Shown here one piece after another: positions 27,801 through 35,470 of a DNA stretch of 64,000 bases. The DNA is from an uncultured virus (IMG/VR IMGVR_UViG_3300029787_000004) (taxonomy: Duplodnaviria > Heunggongvirae > Uroviricota > Caudoviricetes). The notes beneath the pieces are model-generated. The model saw nothing but the letters and a program-made list of their open reading frames with translations. It did not search any database and was not told the origin of the DNA. The stretch lies in the IMG/VR virus record IMGVR_UViG_3300029787_000004, one strand, 5' to 3'. Position numbers and translations under genes: made by a program. Position 1 is the stretch's first letter, and each line of letters begins with the position of its first letter.

Positions 27801-30023
27801 TACCTCAAAGGTGGTCAGGAGTATGCATTTGTTCTTTTATCAGATACTCCTGAGTATGGTGCTTGGATTTCTAGAATGGGTGAAGTAGATGTCACTAATT
27901 CTCTAACCTTAGATGATGCCGCAAGACCTGTTATTTCCCAACAACCTTTACTTGGTTCACTATTCAAGTCACAGAACGGTTCTACTTGGGATGCAAGTCA
28001 GTTTGAAGACATTAAGTTCACTATGTTCAGAGCACAGTTTACTACTGGCGAAAGTGGTAATGTATCGTTCTATAACCCAGATATGGGTGTTTCTAATGGT
28101 GGTATTACTAAACTTGGCGCAAACCCGGTTCAGACTATTTCCAAAAAATCTACTGTTGGGTTAGGATCTACACTTGCTGCTTCTCAGGAAACCGTAATTA
28201 TTCCTGGTGTCAATATTTCCCAAGTTAATAATCCAACAGCAACTGGTGTGATAGTCAACACTCTTGGTTCTATCGGGATCGGGGCATCTGTTGATATTAT
28301 TAACTCTGGTATTGGATATACTCCCTCTGCTGGGTTTGGAACTTATACTGCTAATCTAAGCACTCTATCTGGTTCTGGATCTGGTGCAGTTGCAAGAGTG
28401 ACTGTTAATGCAGGTTCTATTTCATCTTGTTTCATTACAAATGGTGGTATTGGATATGGTGTTGGTGATGAACTTGGAATCACAACTCTTGGAAGTACCA
28501 CATTAGGGAGGAATGCAAGATTTAGCGTTGGAATTATCTCTGCAATCAACTCGGTCGTTCTTGATAGTGTTCAAGGTCAATTTATCACTGGTGTTGCCGG
28601 GACAATGACATATGTTGTTCAGGGAACTGGTGCTGTTGGTGTATTAACAGGAATTAATGCTGACTCTGTGACTAATGATTCCAATTTTGATGGATTGCAC
28701 CTCAATGTAAGACATAGAAATCATGCAATGAACTCTGGAACTAACACTGTTTCTATTAACAATGTTAAACCAGATATGCGTCCTACTTCCCTAAGCGCGG
28801 ATATCAATGCTACTTCATCTGGAAATATTGGACTTGCAGATACTTCTAAGTTTGATACATTTGAAAACGTTGGAGTTGGAACAACTAATCCTGGATATGC
28901 GATTATTGGAAATGAACTGATTTCTTATACTGGATTGAATGGAAGCACTCTTACTGGCATCACTAGAAATATCGATGCAAAAGGAACCTTTGCACACAAT
29001 ACTAGTGACTTAATTGCCAAGTATGAACTCAATGGTGTTTCTTTAAGAAGAATCAACCGCGATCATGTACTCAGTGATGCTTCCACTACTAGACCAAGAT
29101 CTCTTGATTCTTATGCGGTTAAGATTGATATGTCGTCAAATGGCATTGATAGATCTGCTAACACTTCGTTCCCCAAACTTGGATTCAATTCCACCAAGAA
29201 AGTTGGTGGTGATACAGTAAGTGGTGGCAACAACATTCAATTTGAGACTATCACACCGAATGTTCAGACAATGGTTCTGCCAGGAACTACTTTGAATTCA
29301 AGTATTAGAACAGTTACAGGCACCAGTATTGATGGTGATGAAATTTCATTCCTTGATCAGGGATATGAATCGATTACTATTGGATCACCAAATAACTTAG
29401 AGACTCCAAGAATTTTAGCTTCTGCTACAAATGAGGGCACCTTACTATCAGATCTCCCTGGTAATAAGTCACTGACTCTTGATATGGAATTCTCTTCTAC
29501 AAATTCCTTCTTATCACCAGTGGTTGACCTAGATAGAGTGAATATGGTTCTCACTTCCAATAGATTAAATAATGTAATTACTGATTTTGCCACTGATAAG
29601 AGAGTTAGTGTAACTGGTGAAGATCCAAACGCTGCTATCTACATTACCAAGAAAGTTGATTTATCAAATCCTGCCAACTCAATTAGAGTTCTTCTTGAAG
29701 GTTATAGAGATCAAAGTGCTGAGATCAGAGTTCTTTACAAGATCTTTACTGATGATTCGGATATTGATTCAACTCCATATAACTTATTCCCAGGGTATGA
29801 AAACATCGATGATTTAGGTAACATTATTGATGTTGCCAACAACAATGGTAGACCAAATGTATTTGTTCCTGCGAGTGCAAGAAGAGGTCAATTTAAAGAT
29901 TATGAATTCTCTGTTGATGATCTTCCTGATTTTGTTGGATTCCAATTGAAGATTGTACTGTCAGGTACAAACCAAGCAAAACCACCCATTGTTAAAAACC
30001 TTCGTGCTATTGCAGTAAAATAA
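21885..30023 (+). CDS. large virion structural protein, VrlC-like (2712 aa)
   Basis: MPQETNLNITPYYDDF...VQARELT, APGADRLKI, DRFKSGFFVDNF, DPLAQSF motifs; follows gp8. Confidence 0.85.
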   Translation: MPQETNLNITPYYDDFDAANNFHRVLFKPGTPVQARELTGLQSILQDQIEKFGTHFFKEGSKVIPGQLSYQDVFTGVCVDPDFSGIPISLYVEQLVGKKFRGEESGIEARIDFVLDASNSELSLDTLYFTIIKSGSNFENGNFIEGENLVLLETISYGNTVISTNQGFARAVSVEANITGSAANIQEGVYFLRGNFVTVSPQTILLQQYDSMPTLKVGLTVVEEIINADEDPSLNDNAQGFSNYSAPGADRLKISAVLSSKLIIDNDDPTFVELMRIQNGEIETFVRNSEYNYVKAEFARRTHDESGNYYIKPFELSIKNTLNNYLGNDGLYNADELTYQANTPSDSLMEYVFSSGKAYVSGFEIDKQTDTIIDVEKPRSTRRIFQEAVPISIGPKIAINNVHGSPVVGFGTTIAATLRDSRVGVGSTLPAGQAIGECRIYDYNLESQVFEGPQSEYTLRLFDISPYTKLEITQPFTSLRSGAFLSGQNSGASGFVVDNASGISTLSLRQVKGTFHKGEKISVDGVDFTTTVAITTNYDISKVKSVYQGTSVGIQTFNADLKLSTKRKFGTSFTITGRGGSNAAATPAGFSTITAERGTFVGIVTTNDLVKFISTDNTVSDPVLLRVHSINNTASEMTLAGIQTVSNLFDGAPPANVQQITDLEVVSGDLINVDDNTLYTQLGATNIDNVDLGTAQIVIKKVFTNVSSASSTLTLPTAVDNEFYLPFDEERYHVAYRDGTIQPLTEDMVVPSSNSKTVTIGGLSRESETDIRVAATLNKNKVVQKQKFLNNVSSVLITRSSDTASGIGSTTLNDGLTYSNVYGTRVQDKEISLNKPDVLRVLGIFESDDQNDPNLPTATITSISGPNQSASDFIVGEQLIGEDTKAVARIVSAVSGTVIELVYLNEKTFSFDERIIGQTSQIAATVTKLGQADKNVTGDYLVDNGQRNSFYDYGRIKRRKDRESAGRKLRIIFQNFVVGSGDSGDVFTSESYENELYSNDIPSFNGIRNTDIIDIRPRVGDYDSTSTLSPFDFATRNFTQSGQSTSNILVSDENLVLNYEYYLGRIDRVFLDSSGNFNIVNGVPSENPELPAALTDSLEVATINLPPYLFSLDGASIQRIDHKRYTMKDIGDLDSRITNLEYYTALSLLEKETEALTIQDAKGLDRFKSGFFVDNFKTHQIQDQSNEDFSCSIDTYNGELRPAHFTTSIDMVLATAAITGIGASVPSTLDQRFNNQLTDPNIRKTGDLVTLNYADLVVMQNIFASRVESVNPFLVTNWTGTLHLYPSSDIWVDQKVIKTFEFDTTGPDFVASTQTIGIDEAKGFAEIEWGSWVDTVVGRETRTSDDTVVSSTTKQLNATDDIKTTTTKVVRTTSDVQLLNKTRDGVAIRKSPHTRKQIVGSRVLNRSNILYMRSRNIEFTGTRLRPRTQVYPILDNQNMVDYMAPKLLEISMTAGTFTSGETVIGSMAQSNTQINPLPNEATGTFKFRVATANHKGGAYDDPSVTFTLNPYNNDETLPDDYSSVSSVLNIDTTSLAAQTSGDFFGYPRRGMILKGLTSGAQATVSDIRLVTDEVGGVVGCIYIPDPSKPSNPQFIAGTKVVKLTSIPQTTFISSLNQTSAETTFQANGLLEFTEESVASVRSTALHKSVFQENTTAENILGKTSNVLSENSADTILRNVRQNPAANCDARYVAYTTAINNGYSSYTAYARAKGHYEQNRIYDTAFLLTQPGAPSSCGGSAPRSGGRRPARRSPQRRRGGSRPRPTTRNTPRIASPIARRGRSGGRTYHFDKNGGLITTRALSGGRRATYTSNRNAGTANRSYTGRNLNYKAPSRSNRGGGGGRSNRGGGGGGRSGGGGGGRTYNFDNRGNLISTANLGSTRTASTKKCKSGRDPLAQSFFVNSSDGMFVTAIECYFQVKDGTLPVTMQIRTMRDGTPTTTIVPFGEVDLLPSQVNISDDASVATKFTFPSPVYLKGGQEYAFVLLSDTPEYGAWISRMGEVDVTNSLTLDDAARPVISQQPLLGSLFKSQNGSTWDASQFEDIKFTMFRAQFTTGESGNVSFYNPDMGVSNGGITKLGANPVQTISKKSTVGLGSTLAASQETVIIPGVNISQVNNPTATGVIVNTLGSIGIGASVDIINSGIGYTPSAGFGTYTANLSTLSGSGSGAVARVTVNAGSISSCFITNGGIGYGVGDELGITTLGSTTLGRNARFSVGIISAINSVVLDSVQGQFITGVAGTMTYVVQGTGAVGVLTGINADSVTNDSNFDGLHLNVRHRNHAMNSGTNTVSINNVKPDMRPTSLSADINATSSGNIGLADTSKFDTFENVGVGTTNPGYAIIGNELISYTGLNGSTLTGITRNIDAKGTFAHNTSDLIAKYELNGVSLRRINRDHVLSDASTTRPRSLDSYAVKIDMSSNGIDRSANTSFPKLGFNSTKKVGGDTVSGGNNIQFETITPNVQTMVLPGTTLNSSIRTVTGTSIDGDEISFLDQGYESITIGSPNNLETPRILASATNEGTLLSDLPGNKSLTLDMEFSSTNSFLSPVVDLDRVNMVLTSNRLNNVITDFATDKRVSVTGEDPNAAIYITKKVDLSNPANSIRVLLEGYRDQSAEIRVLYKIFTDDSDIDSTPYNLFPGYENIDDLGNIIDVANNNGRPNVFVPASARRGQFKDYEFSVDDLPDFVGFQLKIVLSGTNQAKPPIVKNLRAIAVK
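27382..27464 (+). repeat. 27-bp-period tandem repeat encoding (S/G)RSNRGGGG
   Basis: GTCGTAGCAACCGTGGAGGCGG at 27382-27403 and 27409-27430, plus a degenerate third unit. Confidence 0.85.
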
Positions 30024-30024
30024 T

Positions 30025-30237
30025 ATGAAAGTTGAAGGGCACCCCAATCTTCGTAGAGATAATAATACAGGCGCTGTGGTTAACACTAATCACAACGCCT
30101 ATCAAAATTATCTTTATCTTAGAAATAAAAACTCAAAAGAGAGTGAAGAGTTTGATACCATGAAAAATGATATCAATTCATTGAAAGAAGATATATCATC
30201 GATCAAAGAACTTTTACTTAAACTTGCAGAAAAATAA
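30025..30237 (+). CDS. small conserved protein with C-terminal coiled coil
   Basis: KVEGHPNLRRD..TGAVVN; usual position after the VrlC-like gene. Confidence 0.8.
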   Translation: MKVEGHPNLRRDNNTGAVVNTNHNAYQNYLYLRNKNSKESEEFDTMKNDINSLKEDISSIKELLLKLAEK

Positions 30238-30617
30238 TGGACGCTAGTTTTACTTTTGACCCATCCTCAGGGGTCGCACAAGCAGTCAATCAAACAATCT
30301 CCACTGGCGCTAATTTTGCAGCAGCTTACTCTGTAACAACTATTGGAGGAACTGCTTTTAACCTGAATGGTTATAGTGGTGCAGCTAGTCTTACTAAATC
30401 AGTTAGTATTGGTTCATCTTTACATGCATTGAGAACGTTTGCTGTTGGAATCAATACTCTGACAGGAGTAATCAATCTTAGTCTGGCGGCAAATTCAACT
30501 AAGGGTCTTAAAGAGGGTAGATATAAATACGATGTTTTGGTAAGTAGTGGAACCACTGTGTATAGAATTGTAGAGGGAGACGTAATGGTCCGAGCAGGAG
30601 TTACATCCTCTGTCTAA
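30237..30617 (+). CDS. hypothetical virion-associated protein (126 aa)
   Basis: TAATG coupling; GRYKYDVLV...RIVEG motif. Confidence 0.75.
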   Translation: MDASFTFDPSSGVAQAVNQTISTGANFAAAYSVTTIGGTAFNLNGYSGAASLTKSVSIGSSLHALRTFAVGINTLTGVINLSLAANSTKGLKEGRYKYDVLVSSGTTVYRIVEGDVMVRAGVTSSV

Positions 30618-30639
30618 ATAACATAGGAGGATTCCTAAT

Positions 30640-31479
30640 ATGTCTAAACCGTCTAATCGCCAAGGTCTAATCGAATATTGCCTCAGGCAACTTGGTGCTC
30701 CTGTATTAGAAATTAATATTGCTGATGAACAGATCGATGATCTGGTTGATGATGCTATTCAATATTTTCAAGAGAGACACTATGATGGTGTCATACAAGT
30801 GCCTCTGAAATATCAGATGCAAGCTGATGATCTTGCCAGGGGTAAGGCACCAGAAGGTGGATCTTCTGGTATTACAACAACTACTGTATCAAAAACTGTT
30901 GGAGCCACTAGTTCATTTAAATACCTAGAAAATAGTAACTATATTCCTTTACCTGACTCTATCATTGGGGTCAATAAAATTTACAGAGTCCATGGTTCTC
31001 AAACAATGGGAGCTGGGATGTTTAATATCAAATACCAATTGATGTTGAACGATCTTTACAATTACAGTTCATTAGAACTATTGACTTACTCCATGGTAAA
31101 AAGTAAGTTAGAGACTATTGATTTCTTATTAAATCCACTGAAACAAATTAGATATAATATTAGAGATGGAAAATTATATCTAGATTGTGATTGGAATGAT
31201 TTTACGGAAGGTGATTATATTATTATTGATTGTTGGAGAGCCCTTGATCCAAATGACACCACCAAAGTATATAATGATAGGTTTATCAAAAAATACTTAA
31301 CTGCCACTATGAAGAAGCAGTGGGGTATGAATTTGATTAAGTTCCAAGGAGTCAAACTTCCAGGTGGAATTGAACTCAATGGAAGACAAATCTATGATGA
31401 TGCGTTACAAGAGTTAAAAGATATTAATGATCAGATGCTGTCTACATACGAAACTCCACCTCTTGATCTTATCGGATAA
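30640..31479 (+). CDS. gp13: neck protein gp13
   Basis: YCLRQLGAPVLEINI, KQWGMNLIKFQGVKLPGGIELNG. Confidence 0.95.
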   Translation: MSKPSNRQGLIEYCLRQLGAPVLEINIADEQIDDLVDDAIQYFQERHYDGVIQVPLKYQMQADDLARGKAPEGGSSGITTTTVSKTVGATSSFKYLENSNYIPLPDSIIGVNKIYRVHGSQTMGAGMFNIKYQLMLNDLYNYSSLELLTYSMVKSKLETIDFLLNPLKQIRYNIRDGKLYLDCDWNDFTEGDYIIIDCWRALDPNDTTKVYNDRFIKKYLTATMKKQWGMNLIKFQGVKLPGGIELNGRQIYDDALQELKDINDQMLSTYETPPLDLIG

Positions 31480-33992
31480 TGGCACTTAATCCATATTTTA
31501 CTCAGGGAACACGTGGTGAGCAGAGTCTTGTACAAGATCTGATCAACGAACAACTTCGTACATATGGAGTTGATGTTCATTATATTCCTAGGAAGTATCT
31601 CACATCAAATACTGTAATTAAAGAAGTAATTCAATCCAAATTTGATGATGCTTATCCTATCGAGGCATATGTAAAATCGGATTCATATGAGGGTGCTGGT
31701 ATCCTCATGTCAAAATTTGGTGTACAACAGCAAGATGATGTCACATTAATTATTTCAAGGGAGAGGTGGGAAACATATATTCAACCTTTAATTCAGAACG
31801 AACAAGATATTAAATTATCATCCAGACCAAAAGGTGGAGATTTAATCTATTTTCCTCTTGATGATAGATTGTATGAGATTAAGTTTGTAGAATACGCTGA
31901 TCCTTTCTATCAGTTACAAGACCTTTACACATATGAACTACGATGTGAAGTATTCCGTTATGAAGACGAAGTAATTGATACTGGAATTGAAGATATTGAT
32001 GACAGTATGGAGGATGCTGGATATGCAGAGACTCTGAAACTGATTGGAATTGGACAGACTGCAACTGTGTCCACATCAGTTGTTGATGGTGCATTAAAGT
32101 TTATCAGTCTAACAAATCAAGGACAGGGTTATACATCAACACCCACGGTAGCAATTTCTTCTGCACCTTCTGGCGGTATTCAAGCAACTGCGGTTGCAAT
32201 CATGACATCCAGAACAGGATTTGCAACTGCATCATCTATCGATAGAGTATTGATGATTAATCCTGGTGCTGGATATACAGTGCCACCGACTGTTGTTTTC
32301 GTCGGTGGTGGGGGATCTGGTGCAATTGCCACTGTTGGTTTAGCAACAACAGGTGCAGTTGGAATTATCACAGTTTCTAATGGTGGTAGTGGATACTCGA
32401 CACCGCCAACTGTAACCATTGATACTCCAACTCATGTAGGAGCATCTGCTACGGCAGTCATTGATCATCCAATTGGTGCTGGTGTTAGTGTTCTTTCTGC
32501 CAATATAGGTATTGGCGCTGCGAACTTCTTATTCCCAGGTGGAACTACTGGTGGTAGATTTTATTCTAGAACACCACAGGTTACCTTTGCACTTCCAACT
32601 GGCGGTTCAAATACTGCCACTGCTACTGCAACAATGGGAGATTTTGATTCAACGGGTGGCACAGTTGCAAGTATTGCAGTTAATGGAGAGGGTAAATTCT
32701 ATGATCAAGCAAATCCCCCAACGGTATCAATAAGTGCTCCTGGTTCTAGTAGAGCAACAGCTACAATTGGTCTCTCTGGAACTTCTATCAATCCAAACTC
32801 AGTTGCATTTACAACAACGGGTAGGGCATACTCTTCTACTCCAACGGTATCTATTGGTCTTGGAACTGGTCTTAGCACTGGTCAGACAGCAATTGGTATT
32901 GCAACGATCAATATCGCTGGTGTGGTTACTGCGGTATCGTTTAATGAATCTGATCCATGGGCAGTTGGTACGGGAGCAACAATCGGATTTGGATACACTG
33001 TCACTCCAACAATTACATTTAGTTCTCCAAGTCCAGTAAACGCAACAGCAACACCAACTGTTTCTGTCGCAGGAACAATTACTTCTATTAGTATTGGAAA
33101 TAGTGGATTTGGTTATGCCCCAGGAACGACAGCCACAGTTAGCATTTCTAGTCCTGGTGGTGCCAATGAAGCATTTAGAGCACTTGGCGTTGCAACGATG
33201 AGATTTGATTCTGTAAAGACAGAAGGAACCATCGGTATTGGATCTACGTTTATTACAGGAATCACTACAACAGGTATTCTTCTTGGAGATAGAGTCAGAT
33301 TACAATATGACTATGATAATACGCTTACTAACTATATTCCAGATGGAACTCATGTAACACAGATTGATCCTAATATTGTTTACATGTCTGCTGCTGCAAC
33401 TAATACTGGCATCGGTACAACATCAATTGAATTTGGAATTAATGGATGTGGTATTGTGACTGGTATTGCAGTTACGTTTGGTGGAGGTGGATATATTGAA
33501 CCTCCGGTAATTTCTATTGCAAACAGTGCTGCCGATAAAAATTATTCAAGTCTTGAAGTTGGTGTAAATACTGCAACAGCGGAGGCAATTCTAAATTCTT
33601 CGGGTGAAATATCTGCTATTAGAATAAGCGACTCTGGTGCTAAGTATACTCTTGGTACAAATAATCTGCCACCTCAGATATCATTCTCCTCACCTTCGCT
33701 AGTTGGTAGCGGAGACTACACTTATAACGAAATCGTTACTGGTGGAACAACTGGAACTAAGGCAAGAGTCAAGAAGTGGATCTCTTCTACCGGAGAACTT
33801 AGAGTATCCATCGCCAATGGGACATTCACTTCCGGTGAAACAATTACAGGTCAAGACTCTGGCGCTGTTTATACATTATCCACTGTTGACACTGATGATC
33901 TTATCGATGCATATGCAGATAATGACAATATTCAAACAGAAGCTGATGGTATTTTAGACTTTACTCAAAGGAATCCATTCGGAGAAGTCTAA
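31479..33992 (+). CDS. gp14: neck protein gp14 with large internal repeat insertion (837 aa)
   Basis: MALNPYF...EQSLVQDLINEQLR, GDLIYFPL, C-terminal ILDFTQRNPFGE. Confidence 0.9.
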   Translation: MALNPYFTQGTRGEQSLVQDLINEQLRTYGVDVHYIPRKYLTSNTVIKEVIQSKFDDAYPIEAYVKSDSYEGAGILMSKFGVQQQDDVTLIISRERWETYIQPLIQNEQDIKLSSRPKGGDLIYFPLDDRLYEIKFVEYADPFYQLQDLYTYELRCEVFRYEDEVIDTGIEDIDDSMEDAGYAETLKLIGIGQTATVSTSVVDGALKFISLTNQGQGYTSTPTVAISSAPSGGIQATAVAIMTSRTGFATASSIDRVLMINPGAGYTVPPTVVFVGGGGSGAIATVGLATTGAVGIITVSNGGSGYSTPPTVTIDTPTHVGASATAVIDHPIGAGVSVLSANIGIGAANFLFPGGTTGGRFYSRTPQVTFALPTGGSNTATATATMGDFDSTGGTVASIAVNGEGKFYDQANPPTVSISAPGSSRATATIGLSGTSINPNSVAFTTTGRAYSSTPTVSIGLGTGLSTGQTAIGIATINIAGVVTAVSFNESDPWAVGTGATIGFGYTVTPTITFSSPSPVNATATPTVSVAGTITSISIGNSGFGYAPGTTATVSISSPGGANEAFRALGVATMRFDSVKTEGTIGIGSTFITGITTTGILLGDRVRLQYDYDNTLTNYIPDGTHVTQIDPNIVYMSAAATNTGIGTTSIEFGINGCGIVTGIAVTFGGGGYIEPPVISIANSAADKNYSSLEVGVNTATAEAILNSSGEISAIRISDSGAKYTLGTNNLPPQISFSSPSLVGSGDYTYNEIVTGGTTGTKARVKKWISSTGELRVSIANGTFTSGETITGQDSGAVYTLSTVDTDDLIDAYADNDNIQTEADGILDFTQRNPFGEV

Positions 33993-34017
33993 ATAACTAT
34001 AACAATGGACTATAAAG

Positions 34018-35046
34018 ATGTTTGAATATTTTTACAATGAGGTGTTGAGAAGGACTGTTATTGGATTCGGCACCCTATTCAATGACATCACCATCAAACA
34101 TTCTGATAGTGGATCCACTGTAAGTGTGATGAAGGTTCCTTTGGCATATGGACCAACACAAAAGTTCTTAGCAAGAATTGATCAGACACCTCAACTCAAT
34201 AAACCAACATCTATCACTTTACCGAGGATGTCATTTGAGTTTACTGGATTGACTTATGATCCTAGTAGAAAAGTTTCTCAAACTCAAACATTCTTATCCA
34301 AAAAAGTCGATTCAACTTCGACTATTAAAAAAGCATACATGCCAGTTCCTTATAATATGGCATTTGAATTGAGCATTATGACTAAGTTAAATGATGATGC
34401 TCTTCAAATCGTTGAACAAATTTTACCATATTTTCAACCGGCATATAATATTACCATTCAGATGGTTGGTGAAATTAACGAGAAAAGAGATATTCCAATT
34501 ATTCTTGATTCAGTAAACTTTACCGATGACTATGAAGGTGACTTTGCTACTAGGAGAGCACTGATCTACACTTTGAGATTTACTGCAAAGACTTATCTGT
34601 TCGGTCCTACACCAGATCAGACCACTGGTATTATCAAGAAGGCTACTCTCAATTATATGACGAACACAGATGTGAAGAATCCCAGAAGGGAACTTCGTTA
34701 CACTGTTACACCGAGAGCAACCAAAAATTATGTTGGAGATGCAGCTGCATACTTAGACGAGGACATCGAATCCACCGAGACTATTCTCACTCTCACTACA
34801 ACAACACCGTTTAGTGAAGAAACCTATGTAACCATCAATAGTGAAGAACTTTATATTGAATCTATCACTGGCAATAATCTGAAAGTAAGAAGAGGTCAAG
34901 ATGGAACAATCGCTGTGGATCATGTTCAAGGTTCTGGTGTTAATATCTTGAATACTGCTGATGATGCTCTTATTGAAGTCGGAGACGACTTTGGTTTCAA
35001 TGAGACAACCTCATTCTATCAAGATTTTAGCACGGACATGTCATGA
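34018..35046 (+). CDS. gp15: tail sheath stabilizer / completion protein gp15
   Basis: FGTLFNDI, VPLAYGP, LPRMSFE, QILPYFQP, DDYEGDF. Confidence 0.95.
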   Translation: MFEYFYNEVLRRTVIGFGTLFNDITIKHSDSGSTVSVMKVPLAYGPTQKFLARIDQTPQLNKPTSITLPRMSFEFTGLTYDPSRKVSQTQTFLSKKVDSTSTIKKAYMPVPYNMAFELSIMTKLNDDALQIVEQILPYFQPAYNITIQMVGEINEKRDIPIILDSVNFTDDYEGDFATRRALIYTLRFTAKTYLFGPTPDQTTGIIKKATLNYMTNTDVKNPRRELRYTVTPRATKNYVGDAAAYLDEDIESTETILTLTTTTPFSEETYVTINSEELYIESITGNNLKVRRGQDGTIAVDHVQGSGVNILNTADDALIEVGDDFGFNETTSFYQDFSTDMS

Positions 35047-35459
35047 AATTTGACCAATTAGAAGATACATTTGATGTTGCAAGCGATATTGTCGAAGCAA
35101 CAAAAGAAGTAAAGGTAGTTAAGCCACCTCTTGACAGAGAAAAGACAGATGTCAAAAAAGATTATGAGTATACAAGAGGTAATCTTTATAGTATAATTGA
35201 GAAAGGTCAAGAAGCAATTAATGGCATTCTTGAATTGGCTCAGGAAAGTGAAATGCCACGTGCATATGAAGTTGCTGGTCAATTAATCAAAAGTGTCTCC
35301 GATGCAACTGACAAGTTAATGGACTTGCAGAAGAAATTAAAAGATGTTGAAGAGGACACACAAAAAGGTCCTACCAATGTCACCAATGCTCTTTTTGTTG
35401 GGTCAACTGCTGATTTAACTAAGATGCTAAAAGATGCCCAAAAGTCCCAAAATAAATAG
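35043..35459 (+). CDS. gp16: terminase small subunit gp16
   Basis: DYEYTRGNL, PRAYEVAGQL, NALFVGSTADL. Confidence 0.93.
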   Translation: MKFDQLEDTFDVASDIVEATKEVKVVKPPLDREKTDVKKDYEYTRGNLYSIIEKGQEAINGILELAQESEMPRAYEVAGQLIKSVSDATDKLMDLQKKLKDVEEDTQKGPTNVTNALFVGSTADLTKMLKDAQKSQNK

Positions 35460-35470
35460 GTAAAAAAGTT

